From Candidatus Yanofskybacteria bacterium RIFCSPHIGHO2_01_FULL_44_24 (GTDB taxonomy: Bacteria; Patescibacteriota; Minisyncoccia; 2-02-FULL-40-12; GWA2-44-9), in NCBI GenBank assembly GCA_001794215.1, contig MGJK01000012.1:80818-144817 (forward strand): DNA of 64,000 nucleotides. Direction: 5' to 3'. The notes under the pieces are model-generated. The model made no database searches, was not told the DNA's origin, and worked only from the letters and a program-made list of their open reading frames with translations. The first letter of the stretch is position 1. Each line of letters opens with the position of its first letter. Below, piece by piece: positions 38,319 through 48,627 of the stretch. The position numbers were made by a program, and so were the translations under genes.

Positions 38319-39161
38319 ATGAGCAACTCCAACAAAAGATTGAAATACGCCAAACACCATGCCGAGACAGTCTATGTGGGCGAATATATAGATCTCAAGA
38401 AAGTTCAGGAGGGCATCAGGCACTATGTTTATCTTAATCGCGATCATCCGCTGGTCATCCGGGTTTTAAAAGAGCAATATGTGGTTTTGACCAAATTCGG
38501 AGCTGTTACATTTTGGAACGTTTCCCAGCGTTTAAGGAAGGAATTTTTAAAAGAAATCATACCCTTTGTCAAGAATAAAAAGACCAACTATCCTTACGAC
38601 GAAGAAACCAAGGTTTTTATAGGCGGCGAAGTTGAAAAAATAACTTTCGATACCGTCTATCTCACCAAACTCGAACCGAGCGAGATCAAGATCATCTCCT
38701 ACGTCCTATCCCAGTCAGTCGCATTGGAGCGCTACGAGGATGAGATAGAAGCTAATCTTTCCGAGATCGGAGTTATCGTGGAAAATCTGAAATCGACCGG
38801 ACGAGCCATGCTTAACGAACGAGGGCTCTTGAAGCAAATCGGCAATGTTCTGTCGGTAAAGCAAACGGCGGTTGCGCATTTGTCTCTGTTTGATAAGCCG
38901 GAAGAGGTTTGGGAGTCTCCCGGACTGGAGAGTCTCTACAACAGAATGAATTTCGAATATGAGCTACAAGATAGATTCGACATTCTTGATGAAAAAATTA
39001 AGTATCTTTCCGATATTTCCCAGATGCTTATGAATTTTTTGGCTGAAAAACGAAACGCTTTTTTGGAGACCATTATTATACTTTTATTTGTTGTTGATTT
39101 AGGCCTCTGGTTCTTGCCTCCTTTTCCGGAAGTATTGACCTACATTCGCTCGCTGTTTTAA
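38319..39161 (+). CDS. RMD1/DUF155 family protein
   Basis: FGAVTFWN, LSQSVALERYE, LFDKPEEVWE, LETIII. Confidence 0.85.
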   Translation: MSNSNKRLKYAKHHAETVYVGEYIDLKKVQEGIRHYVYLNRDHPLVIRVLKEQYVVLTKFGAVTFWNVSQRLRKEFLKEIIPFVKNKKTNYPYDEETKVFIGGEVEKITFDTVYLTKLEPSEIKIISYVLSQSVALERYEDEIEANLSEIGVIVENLKSTGRAMLNERGLLKQIGNVLSVKQTAVAHLSLFDKPEEVWESPGLESLYNRMNFEYELQDRFDILDEKIKYLSDISQMLMNFLAEKRNAFLETIIILLFVVDLGLWFLPPFPEVLTYIRSLF

Positions 39162-39220
39162 TCAGGATAAACTTGGGGGGTTGAATTGATAAAATCCCCC
39201 TTTGTGGTATAGTGGCTTTC

Positions 39221-39358
39221 GTGCCCAGTAATACAGCTTTTGGTCGGCTTCAGTTATTCCAGGGCAGTATAAGGATGCTGGGCTTTAATTCCTAAACAAA
39301 TTACCTTAACCTCGGCGTGCCGGATGCATGAATATCCGGAAGCTGATATACTGGGCGT
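39221..39358 (+). ncRNA. Rod-shaped structured RNA (6S-like or leader RNA), homologous to 63473-63608
   Basis: Terminal stems gcccagta/tactgggc and cagctt/aagctg; promoter TTGATA...TGgTATAGT directly upstream. Confidence 0.55.
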
Positions 39359-40337
39359 GCCCCGCAAGCTTCTAAAAATCGGCGTTTTAATGGGCGGGCC
39401 TTCGTCTGAGCACGAAGTCTCTTTGGCTACGGGAAAGAATATTATCGGCAACCTGGATAGTACGAAATACCAGCCGGTTGCGATAAAAATATCCAAAAAG
39501 GGGCAGTGGTCTTTAGGTGGTCAGATCGTTGATATGCCCGCGGCATTGAAATCGGTTGATATCGTCTTTAACGCTCTTCACGGTACTTTTGGCGAAGACG
39601 GAAGGGTCCAGGCTCTCATGGAATATTACAATACGCCGTATACAGGGTCAGGCATTACCGCTTCGGCTTTAGCCATGGATAAGCTAAGGAGCAGGGAGAT
39701 TTTTAAATTAGCCGGTTTTTGCGTTCCCAAAACATTGAAACTGAAACGGGGTGAAAATTACGAAGCAAGACTGAACCTCTTTGTCAATAAAGTAGTCAAG
39801 TTTCCGGTGGTAGTTAAGCCCTGCTCAAACGGGTCGTCGGTAGGAGTCAAAATAGTCGACAGTCCGGCCGATTTAGAGCCAGCCATTCAGGAAGGTTTTA
39901 AGTTAGACAAGAAAGTGCTGGTTGAGGAGTACATTAAGGGCAGGGAGCTGACCTGCGGCGTGCTCGATAATTTTAACAATCAGCCCGTTGCCGCTTTGCC
40001 GGTGACCGAAATCACTCCGGTAAACGGCCACAGATTTTTTAATTATGACTCCAAATACAAAGACGGGCAGGCAAAGGAGATAACGCCGGCTTTCGTCGAT
40101 AGTGTAATATATTCAAAAGCTCAGGAAATTGCTTTGACCGCGCATCAGATTTTAGGTTGCCGGGGATATTCAAGAACTGACATGATCTGGACCCCCGGAA
40201 ATAATGATGTTTATATTCTTGAAGTAAATACGCTTCCAGGCCTCACTCCCAACTCATTGCTTCCCAAGGCGGCTCAATCTTCGGGTCTGTCGCTTGCACG
40301 GCTTCTCGATGCCATAATCGAAAGTTCGAGGGACTAA
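39357..40337 (+). CDS. ddl: D-alanine--D-alanine ligase
   Basis: GGPSSEHEVSL, LHGTFGEDG, GSSVG, YDSKY, EVNTLPG. Confidence 0.97.
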   Translation: MPRKLLKIGVLMGGPSSEHEVSLATGKNIIGNLDSTKYQPVAIKISKKGQWSLGGQIVDMPAALKSVDIVFNALHGTFGEDGRVQALMEYYNTPYTGSGITASALAMDKLRSREIFKLAGFCVPKTLKLKRGENYEARLNLFVNKVVKFPVVVKPCSNGSSVGVKIVDSPADLEPAIQEGFKLDKKVLVEEYIKGRELTCGVLDNFNNQPVAALPVTEITPVNGHRFFNYDSKYKDGQAKEITPAFVDSVIYSKAQEIALTAHQILGCRGYSRTDMIWTPGNNDVYILEVNTLPGLTPNSLLPKAAQSSGLSLARLLDAIIESSRD

Positions 40338-40454
40338 GCCGGCATTTAAGTTTAGAGAAACGGTCCGAGCCTCCTTAAGGGCTTTTTTGTTTGACGATTA
40401 AATTTTTGTCTGATAAGATTCGAGGGGCAATAGTTATGTTTTGAAGAGGTATGA

Positions 40455-40628
40455 ATGATGGTGAAGCTACTCGCAGTCGGCTCAATTTTAATGGGAGTAT
40501 TCAGGTTTATTGATTATCTTTATTACGGAAATAGTCATTTTCAATATGCCCTAACAAAGGCCATCGTCTCGATAGCCATGGGTCTATTGCTTCTTTATGT
40601 GAAAAATCGAGAAAATAGGTCGAGGTAA
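40455..40628 (+). CDS. Small two-TM protein (57 aa), not in the ORF track
   Basis: MMVKLLAVGSILMGVFRFIDYLYYG...; GAGG RBS and its own promoter. Confidence 0.5.
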   Translation: MMVKLLAVGSILMGVFRFIDYLYYGNSHFQYALTKAIVSIAMGLLLLYVKNRENRSR

Positions 40629-40719
40629 GAAGTTCGGGCAGAAGAGGCCTCTTGTCTATCATTTAAAATCGGATATTTATCCGATTTTGTTTTAAGGGGT
40701 TTTATGATAATATCTGATT

Positions 40720-42108
40720 ATGACTCGGACAAATATCAGCGAAACAAAAGATCTTGTCGGAAAAGAGGTTGATCTCGCCGGTTGGATTAATGTACGACGA
40801 GACCACGGCAAAATAATTTTTATTGATTTACGGGACCGTTCGGGGATTGTCCAGATGGTTTTCGTGCCTTCGAATAAGGAGCTTTATGATAAGGCCAGCC
40901 AACTTCGCGCTGAATGGGTTGTACGCGTAAGAGGCAGGGTCAAGCAACGGCCTGATAGGATGGTAAATCCGGACATCGAAACCGGTAAAGTTGAGATCGA
41001 ACCGTTAGGATTAGAAATACTCAACGAATCATTGGCCTTGCCCTTTCCGATCGACAGCGACGGTCATGACATCGACGAAGAGATCCGTTTGAAGCATCGT
41101 TATCTTGATCTGCGTCGTCCCCGATTGGCTAAAAATATTAAATTACGCTCTGAACTCGTTGATCGCGTCAGGCAGTTTTTGTTTAATAAAGGATTTTTAG
41201 AGATAGAAACACCGATTCTTTCAGCTCCGACTCCGGAAGGTTCGAGGGATTTTGTCGTGCCGTCCCGTCTCAATCCGGGCAAGTTTTTTGCACTTCCTCA
41301 GAGCCCGCAGCAATATAAGCAGCTCCTGATGGTCGGCGGGTTTGAAAAGTACTTCCAAATTGCCCGCTGTCTCAGAGACGAAGATTTAAGAGCCGATAGA
41401 GGTTTCGAGCATACCCAAGTTGATATAGAAATGAGTTTTGTTGATCAGAAGAGTTTTGTGGCTCTTGATGAAGAAATGATTACTACGGTTGTCGAGGGTA
41501 TGGGATACAAGATCAAACAAAAACCCTTTCCGGTTTTTACATATCAAGAAGCTATGGATCGGTTTGGGGCGGATAAGCTTGACCTAAGAACCGAAGAAGA
41601 TAAGAAAAATGGTGTTCTTGCTTTTGCCTGGGTGAAAGATTTTCCGTTTTTTGAGAAAGACGAAGAAGGCAATTGGACCTTTACCCATAATCCTTTTTCG
41701 CATGCCAAACCGGAACATGTTCCCTGGCTTTTAAAGGGCGAGCATATCGAAAAGATCTTAACGACCCAGTATGATATGGTTTGCAACGGATTTGAAGTCG
41801 GCGGAGGAAGCATCCGCGCCCACAAGCCTGAAATGCTCAAGGCCGTCTTCAAGATAATGGGTTACGAAGATAGTCAAATCGAGGAGCAGTTCGGACATAT
41901 GCTCGAAGCGTTTAAATACGGAGCTCCGCCTCACGGAGGCATTGCCCATGGCATTGAGAGACTGATGATGACTCTGCTCGGCGAGGAGTATCTGAGGGAG
42001 ACCCAGGCTTTTCCTCAGACCAGCTCGGGACGGACTTCAGTTATGAATGCGCCCGGTGAATTAAGCAAAAAACAGCTCAAAGAGCTGCATCTAAAAATAG
42101 AAAAGTAA
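40720..42108 (+). CDS. aspS: Aspartyl-tRNA synthetase (short form lacking the GAD insertion)
   Basis: RDHGKIIFIDLRD, LPQSPQQYKQ, GGGSIR, GAPPHGGIA. Confidence 0.96.
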   Translation: MTRTNISETKDLVGKEVDLAGWINVRRDHGKIIFIDLRDRSGIVQMVFVPSNKELYDKASQLRAEWVVRVRGRVKQRPDRMVNPDIETGKVEIEPLGLEILNESLALPFPIDSDGHDIDEEIRLKHRYLDLRRPRLAKNIKLRSELVDRVRQFLFNKGFLEIETPILSAPTPEGSRDFVVPSRLNPGKFFALPQSPQQYKQLLMVGGFEKYFQIARCLRDEDLRADRGFEHTQVDIEMSFVDQKSFVALDEEMITTVVEGMGYKIKQKPFPVFTYQEAMDRFGADKLDLRTEEDKKNGVLAFAWVKDFPFFEKDEEGNWTFTHNPFSHAKPEHVPWLLKGEHIEKILTTQYDMVCNGFEVGGGSIRAHKPEMLKAVFKIMGYEDSQIEEQFGHMLEAFKYGAPPHGGIAHGIERLMMTLLGEEYLRETQAFPQTSSGRTSVMNAPGELSKKQLKELHLKIEK

Positions 42109-42109
42109 G

Positions 42110-43042
42110 ATGAAATTCAGCCTAAATTTAATCATCGGAGCCTTATGTATTCTGCTTTCCCTTAACCTTTTTTTTATTTTCAGTTCATTCGGCAGTGTAA
42201 ATACGGAAAGCGGAACGGGAATAAATTTGCCCGATACCAAAGCCTATATTTTACCCGTTTCTCAGGCAAGCTACATACCCATTCTTGATTCGGATATCGT
42301 TAAGCCGGAAATAAGCGCCAAATCGGCTATTGTATACGATACGCGGTCGTCGAGGTTTTTATTCGAGAAAAATACCCAGCAGAAGCTTCCCGTAGCTTCT
42401 CTGACTAAGATTTTAAGCGCGGTGGTTGTATTGGAATCGATGAATTTGGATGACCTAGTTATTATTCCCAAAGAAGCTATCAGGGCGGACGGAGAAAAGC
42501 AAGATCTTTACTTGGGCGAAAGTTTGACTGTGGAAAACCTTTTAAAGCTGATGCTGATTCAGTCATCCAATGATGCCGCATACGCATTGGCCGCACATTC
42601 TAAAGATCAGGGCGTGGATTTCGTTTCGGCGATGAATCATAAAGCCGCGGTTCTTGGAATGAAAAATTCTTTCTTTCTTGATCCGGCCGGTCTGAATGAT
42701 AATGCCTACTCAAGCGTTGAAGATCTGATACTCTTAATAGAGTACTCTTTAAATTACAGCCAAATCTGGGATATTTCCGCCGAAAAAAGCATAATCGTAG
42801 AATCGAGCGACAAGAAAATAAAGCATTATTCCGTCAGCACTAATCAGCTTCTGGGGGTTTTGCCTGATATTCTTGGCGGTAAAACCGGATACACGGACGG
42901 AGCGTTGGAGTGTCTGATACTGATAATCCGGCTTCCGGATTATCCGAGCAAGATAGTCAGTATCGTTTTAGGATCTCGCGATCGGTTCGGCGATACTCAA
43001 AAGCTGGTTGACTGGACTCGCCAGGCCTATCGATGGAAATAG
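42110..43042 (+). CDS. D-alanyl-D-alanine carboxypeptidase (S11)
   Basis: ASLTK, SSND, GKTG motifs. Confidence 0.93.
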   Translation: MKFSLNLIIGALCILLSLNLFFIFSSFGSVNTESGTGINLPDTKAYILPVSQASYIPILDSDIVKPEISAKSAIVYDTRSSRFLFEKNTQQKLPVASLTKILSAVVVLESMNLDDLVIIPKEAIRADGEKQDLYLGESLTVENLLKLMLIQSSNDAAYALAAHSKDQGVDFVSAMNHKAAVLGMKNSFFLDPAGLNDNAYSSVEDLILLIEYSLNYSQIWDISAEKSIIVESSDKKIKHYSVSTNQLLGVLPDILGGKTGYTDGALECLILIIRLPDYPSKIVSIVLGSRDRFGDTQKLVDWTRQAYRWK

Positions 43043-43064
43043 GGCAGATTGTTAATTCAAATTT

Positions 43065-44126
43065 ATGACCGAAGAAATTTTTACAATTTTTAATATAGTG
43101 CGCTTATTTACCGTGGCGACCTTGGCTTTTTTTGTTAACCTTATAATTACCTTTTTTTGGACAAAGGTTTTATATAAGTATTTCAGGCCGGGCAAGGAAA
43201 TCGAAAAGCAAAACGCGCCCGTTTTTAACGCTTTGCATAAGAAAAAAGAGGGGACACCGACTATGGGCGGCCTGCCTATCTGGATAACGACTGCCGGACT
43301 GACGGTTTTTTTCTGGCTTCTCTCCAATACGATTGACGGTTTCTGGTCTCGGGTTAATTTCTTGTCGCGGGGCCAGACCCTGCTGCCTCTGGGCATTTTG
43401 ATTTTTGCCGGTTTATTGGGTATGGCTGACGATATCTTGGGGATCTTTAAAAGGGGGGGGCTGAGGATGAATAAGCGCCTATTTCTTTATATTTTTGTAG
43501 CTATTGTCGGAGCCTGGTGGTTTTATTTTAAACTGGATAGAGACGTGATCAACATTCCTTTCTTGGGGGATTTTGTCATAGGCTGGTTATATATTCCCTA
43601 CTTTATATTTATTGTCGTTGCGACGGCTTTTTCGATGAATGAAACGGATGGCCTTGACGGACTTTCCGGCGGAGTATTCTTGATTATTTTTGGAGCCCTG
43701 ACCGTGATTGCCTTTGACCAGGGAAGGATGGATTTGGCCGTATTTTTAATGGCAATAATCGGAGCTCTTGTCGCATTTTTGTGGTTTAATATATATCCGG
43801 CACGCTTTTTCATGGGAGATACCGGCGTGATGTCTTTAGGCTTTACCGTCGGAGTCGTTTCATTGCTGACCAATACCGCTCTGCTCCTGCCCCTGATCGC
43901 GGTTATTCCGATGGTTGAGTCTTTGTCGGTAATAATCCAAATGGCATCCAAAAGACTTCGGGGCAAAAAAATATTTCTTTCCACTCCTATTCATCATCAT
44001 TTTGAAGCTTTGGGCTGGCACGAAACTCAGGTGACTATGCGTTTCTGGATGGTCAGCGCTATCGGAGCGGTGATCGGCTTGATTATATTCTTGGTCGACT
44101 CCAAGATCCCTCCCTTATTCCAATAA
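43065..44126 (+). CDS. mraY: Phospho-N-acetylmuramoyl-pentapeptide transferase
   Basis: GTPTMGG, NETDGLDGL, FMGDTG, PIHHHFE. Confidence 0.98.
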   Translation: MTEEIFTIFNIVRLFTVATLAFFVNLIITFFWTKVLYKYFRPGKEIEKQNAPVFNALHKKKEGTPTMGGLPIWITTAGLTVFFWLLSNTIDGFWSRVNFLSRGQTLLPLGILIFAGLLGMADDILGIFKRGGLRMNKRLFLYIFVAIVGAWWFYFKLDRDVINIPFLGDFVIGWLYIPYFIFIVVATAFSMNETDGLDGLSGGVFLIIFGALTVIAFDQGRMDLAVFLMAIIGALVAFLWFNIYPARFFMGDTGVMSLGFTVGVVSLLTNTALLLPLIAVIPMVESLSVIIQMASKRLRGKKIFLSTPIHHHFEALGWHETQVTMRFWMVSAIGAVIGLIIFLVDSKIPPLFQ

Positions 44127-44136
44127 AAAGGAGCCC

Positions 44137-45966
44137 CTATTGGACTCCGTCTATCTGCGCTATCTGGTGGTCAACTAATTTCTTATATGTCTCGCACGAG
44201 GCGTAGAGTTCTTTATGGGTTCCCTGGCCGACTATCCGGCCGTTATCCATTACGATAATTCTGTTGGCATATCGGATAGTCGAGAATCGATGAGCGATTA
44301 TGACCGTTGTTCTGCCGCGGGAGGCTTCACGAATGGCATCTCTAATCTCTGCTTCTACTGCCGCGTCCAAACTGCTCGTTGCTTCGTCAAAAATCAGAAT
44401 TGAGGGATTCTTGATCAGTGCCCGGGCTATACCGACTCTCTGGCGTTCTCCGCCGGAAAGCTTAATGCCTCTTTCCCCGATAAGGGTATCGAACCCGCTT
44501 TCTAATTTGTGAGTGAAGCGGTTGATCTGGGATATCTGGGCTATTTTTTCTATGTCCTGGTCGGATGCGCTGATTGATTCCTGGTCGATGCCGTAAAGTA
44601 TGTTATCGCGGATACTCCGGTCGAATAGCGGAACGTCTTGTTCGACTATTCCGATTTGGGATCGGTAGGAATGAAGGTCGAGACTTCGAAGATCATGACC
44701 GTCGATCAGGATTTGACCGCTGGTAGGGTCGTTTGCCCTGATGAGTAGGCCGGCAAGGGTTGTTTTCCCGGAGCCCGATTCTCCTACTATGGCTATCATT
44801 TCGCCCGGTTGAATCGTCAGAGAAACATCTTCAAGGGCCGATTGTTCGCCGGCTTCTCTTTCGATCGGAGCAGGATCATCTTCTGTGTCGTAAGATACGA
44901 GCATCCGGCTTTGGTATCTGAAGGAGACATTTTTCAGCTCTATCAGACCCTTGACCGGTGCGAGCACTATCGGATTGGCGGGAATCTTGATATCCGACTC
45001 TATATTCATGAATTCGCAATACCTGACTATCGATGTCCACATTTTCATGATTTGCCTGTGGAGTCCTCCGATATGCCAAAGTCCGTCAAGGGCCATGTTT
45101 GACCATGCCCAGAATATGACTATGGTTCCGATTGAGTATTGTCCGCCGTAAACGTAATGAGCGCCCAAACCGAGAATCAGAACCTTGGCTAAGGTGATTA
45201 TTGTTCCCTTTTCGTGGCCGAAAAGAATGAACTTGAGCCAGATGGGCTTGGCCATGGCGACTACTTCGCCGTACTTGGCGTCCGCCTCAGTCCTTGCCTT
45301 GTCTTCCTGGGCATTGGCCAAGACGTGGCTTACGTTGCAGAGTATCTCATTTCTGAATTTTGATTCCTGATTCCACATTCTTTCCGAGATTTTCAGCTTT
45401 TTTCTGGAAGCATGGTTGGTCAGGTAGGTCATTATCAGAAAAATCAGCAGAGCTCCGAGGACAATTAAACCGAGGGCCCGGATCAGCCAGATCATTGCTA
45501 TCGTCATCAGGATTATCCGGGTGAACGTCGGGATTATGTCGTAGATGAACATGAACACTAAAGCATTCAGAGAATGCTGACCCCTGTTGATTACGCTTTG
45601 TTTCAATCCGGAATGCTGGGCATTGTGCTGGCCGATTGAGAGGCTGAGCACCTGGCCCATTGTCCGGTCGCCGATTCTCGAGTCTATATCGAAATCGACC
45701 CTTTTAACCTCATGGCGTTCTCTCAGGTAGCCCGTCAGCCAAAGGCTTGTAAGCCATATGCCCGCCGTCCAGTAGATCAGAATCAGCACCTCATCAAAAC
45801 TTCTCTGCTGGGTCATTTTATCGATGATTTGGCCTTGGACGTAGGGGCCGACTAAGTTGAGGCCCTGATTAACGGCTATCAGTAAAAGCACTATGGCTAT
45901 TCTCCACTTCAAAGGCCAAAATATAGCCCAGATCTGCTTAAAAACCTGCTTTCTTGTTGATGACAA
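44137..45966 (-). CDS. ABC exporter, fused TMD-NBD (MsbA-like)
   Basis: GESGSGKT, LSGGERQR, DEATSSLD, AHR; N-terminal TM domain. Confidence 0.95.
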   Translation of the reverse strand: MSSTRKQVFKQIWAIFWPLKWRIAIVLLLIAVNQGLNLVGPYVQGQIIDKMTQQRSFDEVLILIYWTAGIWLTSLWLTGYLRERHEVKRVDFDIDSRIGDRTMGQVLSLSIGQHNAQHSGLKQSVINRGQHSLNALVFMFIYDIIPTFTRIILMTIAMIWLIRALGLIVLGALLIFLIMTYLTNHASRKKLKISERMWNQESKFRNEILCNVSHVLANAQEDKARTEADAKYGEVVAMAKPIWLKFILFGHEKGTIITLAKVLILGLGAHYVYGGQYSIGTIVIFWAWSNMALDGLWHIGGLHRQIMKMWTSIVRYCEFMNIESDIKIPANPIVLAPVKGLIELKNVSFRYQSRMLVSYDTEDDPAPIEREAGEQSALEDVSLTIQPGEMIAIVGESGSGKTTLAGLLIRANDPTSGQILIDGHDLRSLDLHSYRSQIGIVEQDVPLFDRSIRDNILYGIDQESISASDQDIEKIAQISQINRFTHKLESGFDTLIGERGIKLSGGERQRVGIARALIKNPSILIFDEATSSLDAAVEAEIRDAIREASRGRTTVIIAHRFSTIRYANRIIVMDNGRIVGQGTHKELYASCETYKKLVDHQIAQIDGVQ

Positions 45967-46095
45967 GCGGTCCCTCCGCGCTGTAGGTTATTAAAGGACA
46001 ATCTTGCATACTATATCATAAGATATTTATATGTCAAACAGGTCCTATGGATCGACTACATTTCAGAATGCGGGAAAATATATTAGAATTCGTAT

Positions 46096-47172
46096 ATGGC
46101 CAAATCTTTATTGGCGGTTGTCATTGTTATTTTGGTCTTCGGGTTGGTTGTTTTATCTTCGGCCGGAATTGTCGACGGGCAAAAGAAATTCGGGTCGGCT
46201 TACTACTATCTAATCCATCAGCTCTTATACGGCGTTTTGCCGGGCCTATTATTCATGTTCGGTTTATCCAGGACGGATTATAGGCGTTGGAAAAAACTTG
46301 CTCTTCCGATATTGGCCGGCGCTCTTTTCCTGATGGTGCTGGTCTTTGTTCCCAGCGTCGGTCAGGGCCTCAAGGGGGCGACGCGCTGGCTTAATTTGGG
46401 CATCTTTTCTTTTCAACCCTCGGAAGTGTTAAAGTTATCCCTTATTTTGTATTTTGCGGCTTGGTTCGGAAATCGGGACGAAAGGATTAGGGGCTGGACT
46501 TACGGCATGGCCCCCTTTTTTGTTGTTTTAGGCTTGGCCGGAGGGCTTTTGTTATATCAGCCGGACGTAGGCACCCTTATTGTTGTTGCCGGCATAATAC
46601 TTTCAATGTATTTTTTCGGGGGAACAAATTTGAAAAGACTGGGAATAATTATTCTTGTGTTGATAGCTGTTATGGCGGCGGCTATTTACGCCGAGCCTTA
46701 CCGCTTTGATCGGGTGAAAACATTTTTCGATCCATCAATTGATCCCCGCGGGATATCTTATCAGGTTAATCAGTCCTTAATTGCGATAGGTTCGGGCGGG
46801 TTGTTCGGAGTCGGATACGGTAACAGCACTCAAAAATTCGGTTTTCTTCCTGAGGTGGTTAACGATTCTATTTTCTCGGTGATTGCGGAAGAATTGGGTC
46901 TGATCGGCGCCTCGGCGACCATCGGATTATTTCTGATCTTGGCTTTTTTTCTGACCCGGATAGCCAAGGAAGCTCCTGATAAATTCGGACGGTTGGTAGT
47001 GATGGGAATGGCGGTTTGGATAACGGGCCAGGCCTTCTTAAATATAGCTGCGGTTTCCGGATTGGTTCCCTTGACCGGCATTACTTTGCCGTTTATCAGT
47101 TACGGCGGAACGGCTATAGCCTCTCTTTTAGCCGGCATGGGGATTGTAATCAATATTGCCAAGAGGACTTAG
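46096..47172 (+). CDS. ftsW: SEDS peptidoglycan glycosyltransferase FtsW
   Basis: GATRW, FQPSE, QPDVGT, YQVNQS, LPFISYGG. Confidence 0.95.
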   Translation: MAKSLLAVVIVILVFGLVVLSSAGIVDGQKKFGSAYYYLIHQLLYGVLPGLLFMFGLSRTDYRRWKKLALPILAGALFLMVLVFVPSVGQGLKGATRWLNLGIFSFQPSEVLKLSLILYFAAWFGNRDERIRGWTYGMAPFFVVLGLAGGLLLYQPDVGTLIVVAGIILSMYFFGGTNLKRLGIIILVLIAVMAAAIYAEPYRFDRVKTFFDPSIDPRGISYQVNQSLIAIGSGGLFGVGYGNSTQKFGFLPEVVNDSIFSVIAEELGLIGASATIGLFLILAFFLTRIAKEAPDKFGRLVVMGMAVWITGQAFLNIAAVSGLVPLTGITLPFISYGGTAIASLLAGMGIVINIAKRT

Positions 47173-47423
47173 CTCTCGTAAATTAAAAGTTTAAAACTAA
47201 AAGTGAAAAATTTAGGAAATCAAAATCTGCCTTTTAGGCAGATTTTGATAACAATTTTGCGGCGGTGTTACTTCGATGAAATGATGCCTTGAGACAATAG
47301 CCGTGCCGCTGCGGATTTTAACCGGGCGGCTTTGTTCCCCGCACTACAACGGGCATATGCCAACGCATGCTTCCGCATGTGGCATAGAGAAGAGATGCCT
47401 GTTGAGTGTCGGGGCAAGCAGTG

Positions 47424-47696
47424 TTATTTCAACGCATCAGATTTTTTAGACAGCAACCGTGCTGCCGCTGATTTGAGTCTCGAGGCCTTGTTCTTTTTGA
47501 TAACGCCGGTTTTGGCAGCCTTGTCTATCTTTTTATAAACCTTAGGAAGAAGTTTCTTGGCCGCTTCTTTGCCGGTGGCTGCAAGCTTCTTCAGTTCCTT
47601 CATTACGAGCTTGTAGGCGTTGCTTTTGGCTAAGTTACGGATTCGTCTGGTTTTCGATTGTCTTAGGGCCTTTTCGGCCGATTTTGTAATTGGCAT
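47424..47696 (-). CDS. rpsT: 30S ribosomal protein S20
   Basis: MPITKSAEKALRQ...IDKAAKTGVIKKNKASRLKS. Confidence 0.97.
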   Translation of the reverse strand: MPITKSAEKALRQSKTRRIRNLAKSNAYKLVMKELKKLAATGKEAAKKLLPKVYKKIDKAAKTGVIKKNKASRLKSAAARLLSKKSDALK

Positions 47697-47863
47697 GTAG
47701 ATAAATTCAGAATGCAAATATCAAAATGCAAAGTGAAAGGTTAAGCGCTAAAATACCGTAATAGAATAACAAGTTTATTCTATTTACGCAATATATTGAC
47801 ACTTGTCAAATCCCGGTGTATTATTTGAAGGCCTTAGGAAAGTTCTTTCGGGCGGAGGGAGCA

Positions 47864-48007
47864 ATGGAATATCTACTGATCGTCGGAGGATTGACTGTCG
47901 CAATTGCGGGTTGTCTGCCGAGCGTCAGGAAAAGATCCCTCGGCACCCTACTCAGGGTTTCGGGTGGATTCATGTTCGGATGGGGTATCGGCAGGTTATT
48001 CTTATAA
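47864..48007 (+). CDS. Two-TM micro-protein (47 aa)
   Basis: GGAGG RBS, terminator; similar to the next ORF. Confidence 0.6.
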   Translation: MEYLLIVGGLTVAIAGCLPSVRKRSLGTLLRVSGGFMFGWGIGRLFL

Positions 48008-48104
48008 TTTAGCGGCGTTTCGCCGCTTTTTGTATTTCTGGCGCTTGACAGGATAGTAGTAAAAAGCTTATTATGCAAAAGCACCATTAGGGCGGGAGAA
48101 TTAT

Positions 48105-48251
48105 GTGATTGTATCGGCTTCATTGTTGATTGTTTGTGGTGTTTATTGGACGGTGCGTGGTGTTAAAAGTAATAGCTTGTGGTCATTTCCGATGCTTATG
48201 CTCGGCGGATATTGTTTAGGGTTTGGCATCAGGCTCCTGTTCTTCTCTTAA
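48105..48251 (+). CDS. Two-TM micro-protein (48 aa), not in the ORF track
   Basis: GTG start, VIVSASLLIVCG...GGYCLGFGIRLLFFS; own TTGACA promoter and terminator. Confidence 0.55.
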   Translation: MIVSASLLIVCGVYWTVRGVKSNSLWSFPMLMLGGYCLGFGIRLLFFS

Positions 48252-48310
48252 GCGGGATTTATCCCGCTTTTCGTTTTTCCGGAGCCTTGACTATTTATGT
48301 TCAGATTACT

Positions 48311-48620
48311 CAAGCGAAACCTTAACCCAACGAAGAGATTTACAAAAAGCTATATGGCGAAGCCCCTTGTCATTCTGCAGCATTTGAGACCCCGAAACCG
48401 CTCAAGCGAGGCCATAATCCATAAAGGGATTTACGGACCGCGACTGGCGGGAGTAAAAGGCAAGATTTTAGTAAAAATCTATGCCGTGCCCTGAATGGGT
48501 TATGGCCGAGCGTTTTTATGGTCTGCCTCGAATAAGCCAAGGCTGAGTAACTTTTACGCCGTGCCCTGAATGGGTTGAAGTAGAGCGTCTTTATGCCGTA
48601 CCCTGATTAACCAAGGCGGA
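48311..48620 (-). repeat. Nested modular intergenic repeat, copy 3
   Basis: Reverse complement of copy 1 modules; shares blocks with copies 2 and 4. Confidence 0.9.
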
Positions 48621-48627
48621 GGCCTTT

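Noticed and set aside
39324-39356. N-terminal extension of Ddl from ATG 39324
   Set aside because: Falls within the structured RNA; Ddl similarity begins after GTG 39357, though this ATG cannot be fully excluded
48297-48494. 65-aa ORF from the ORF track
   Set aside because: Lies almost entirely within the nested non-coding repeat
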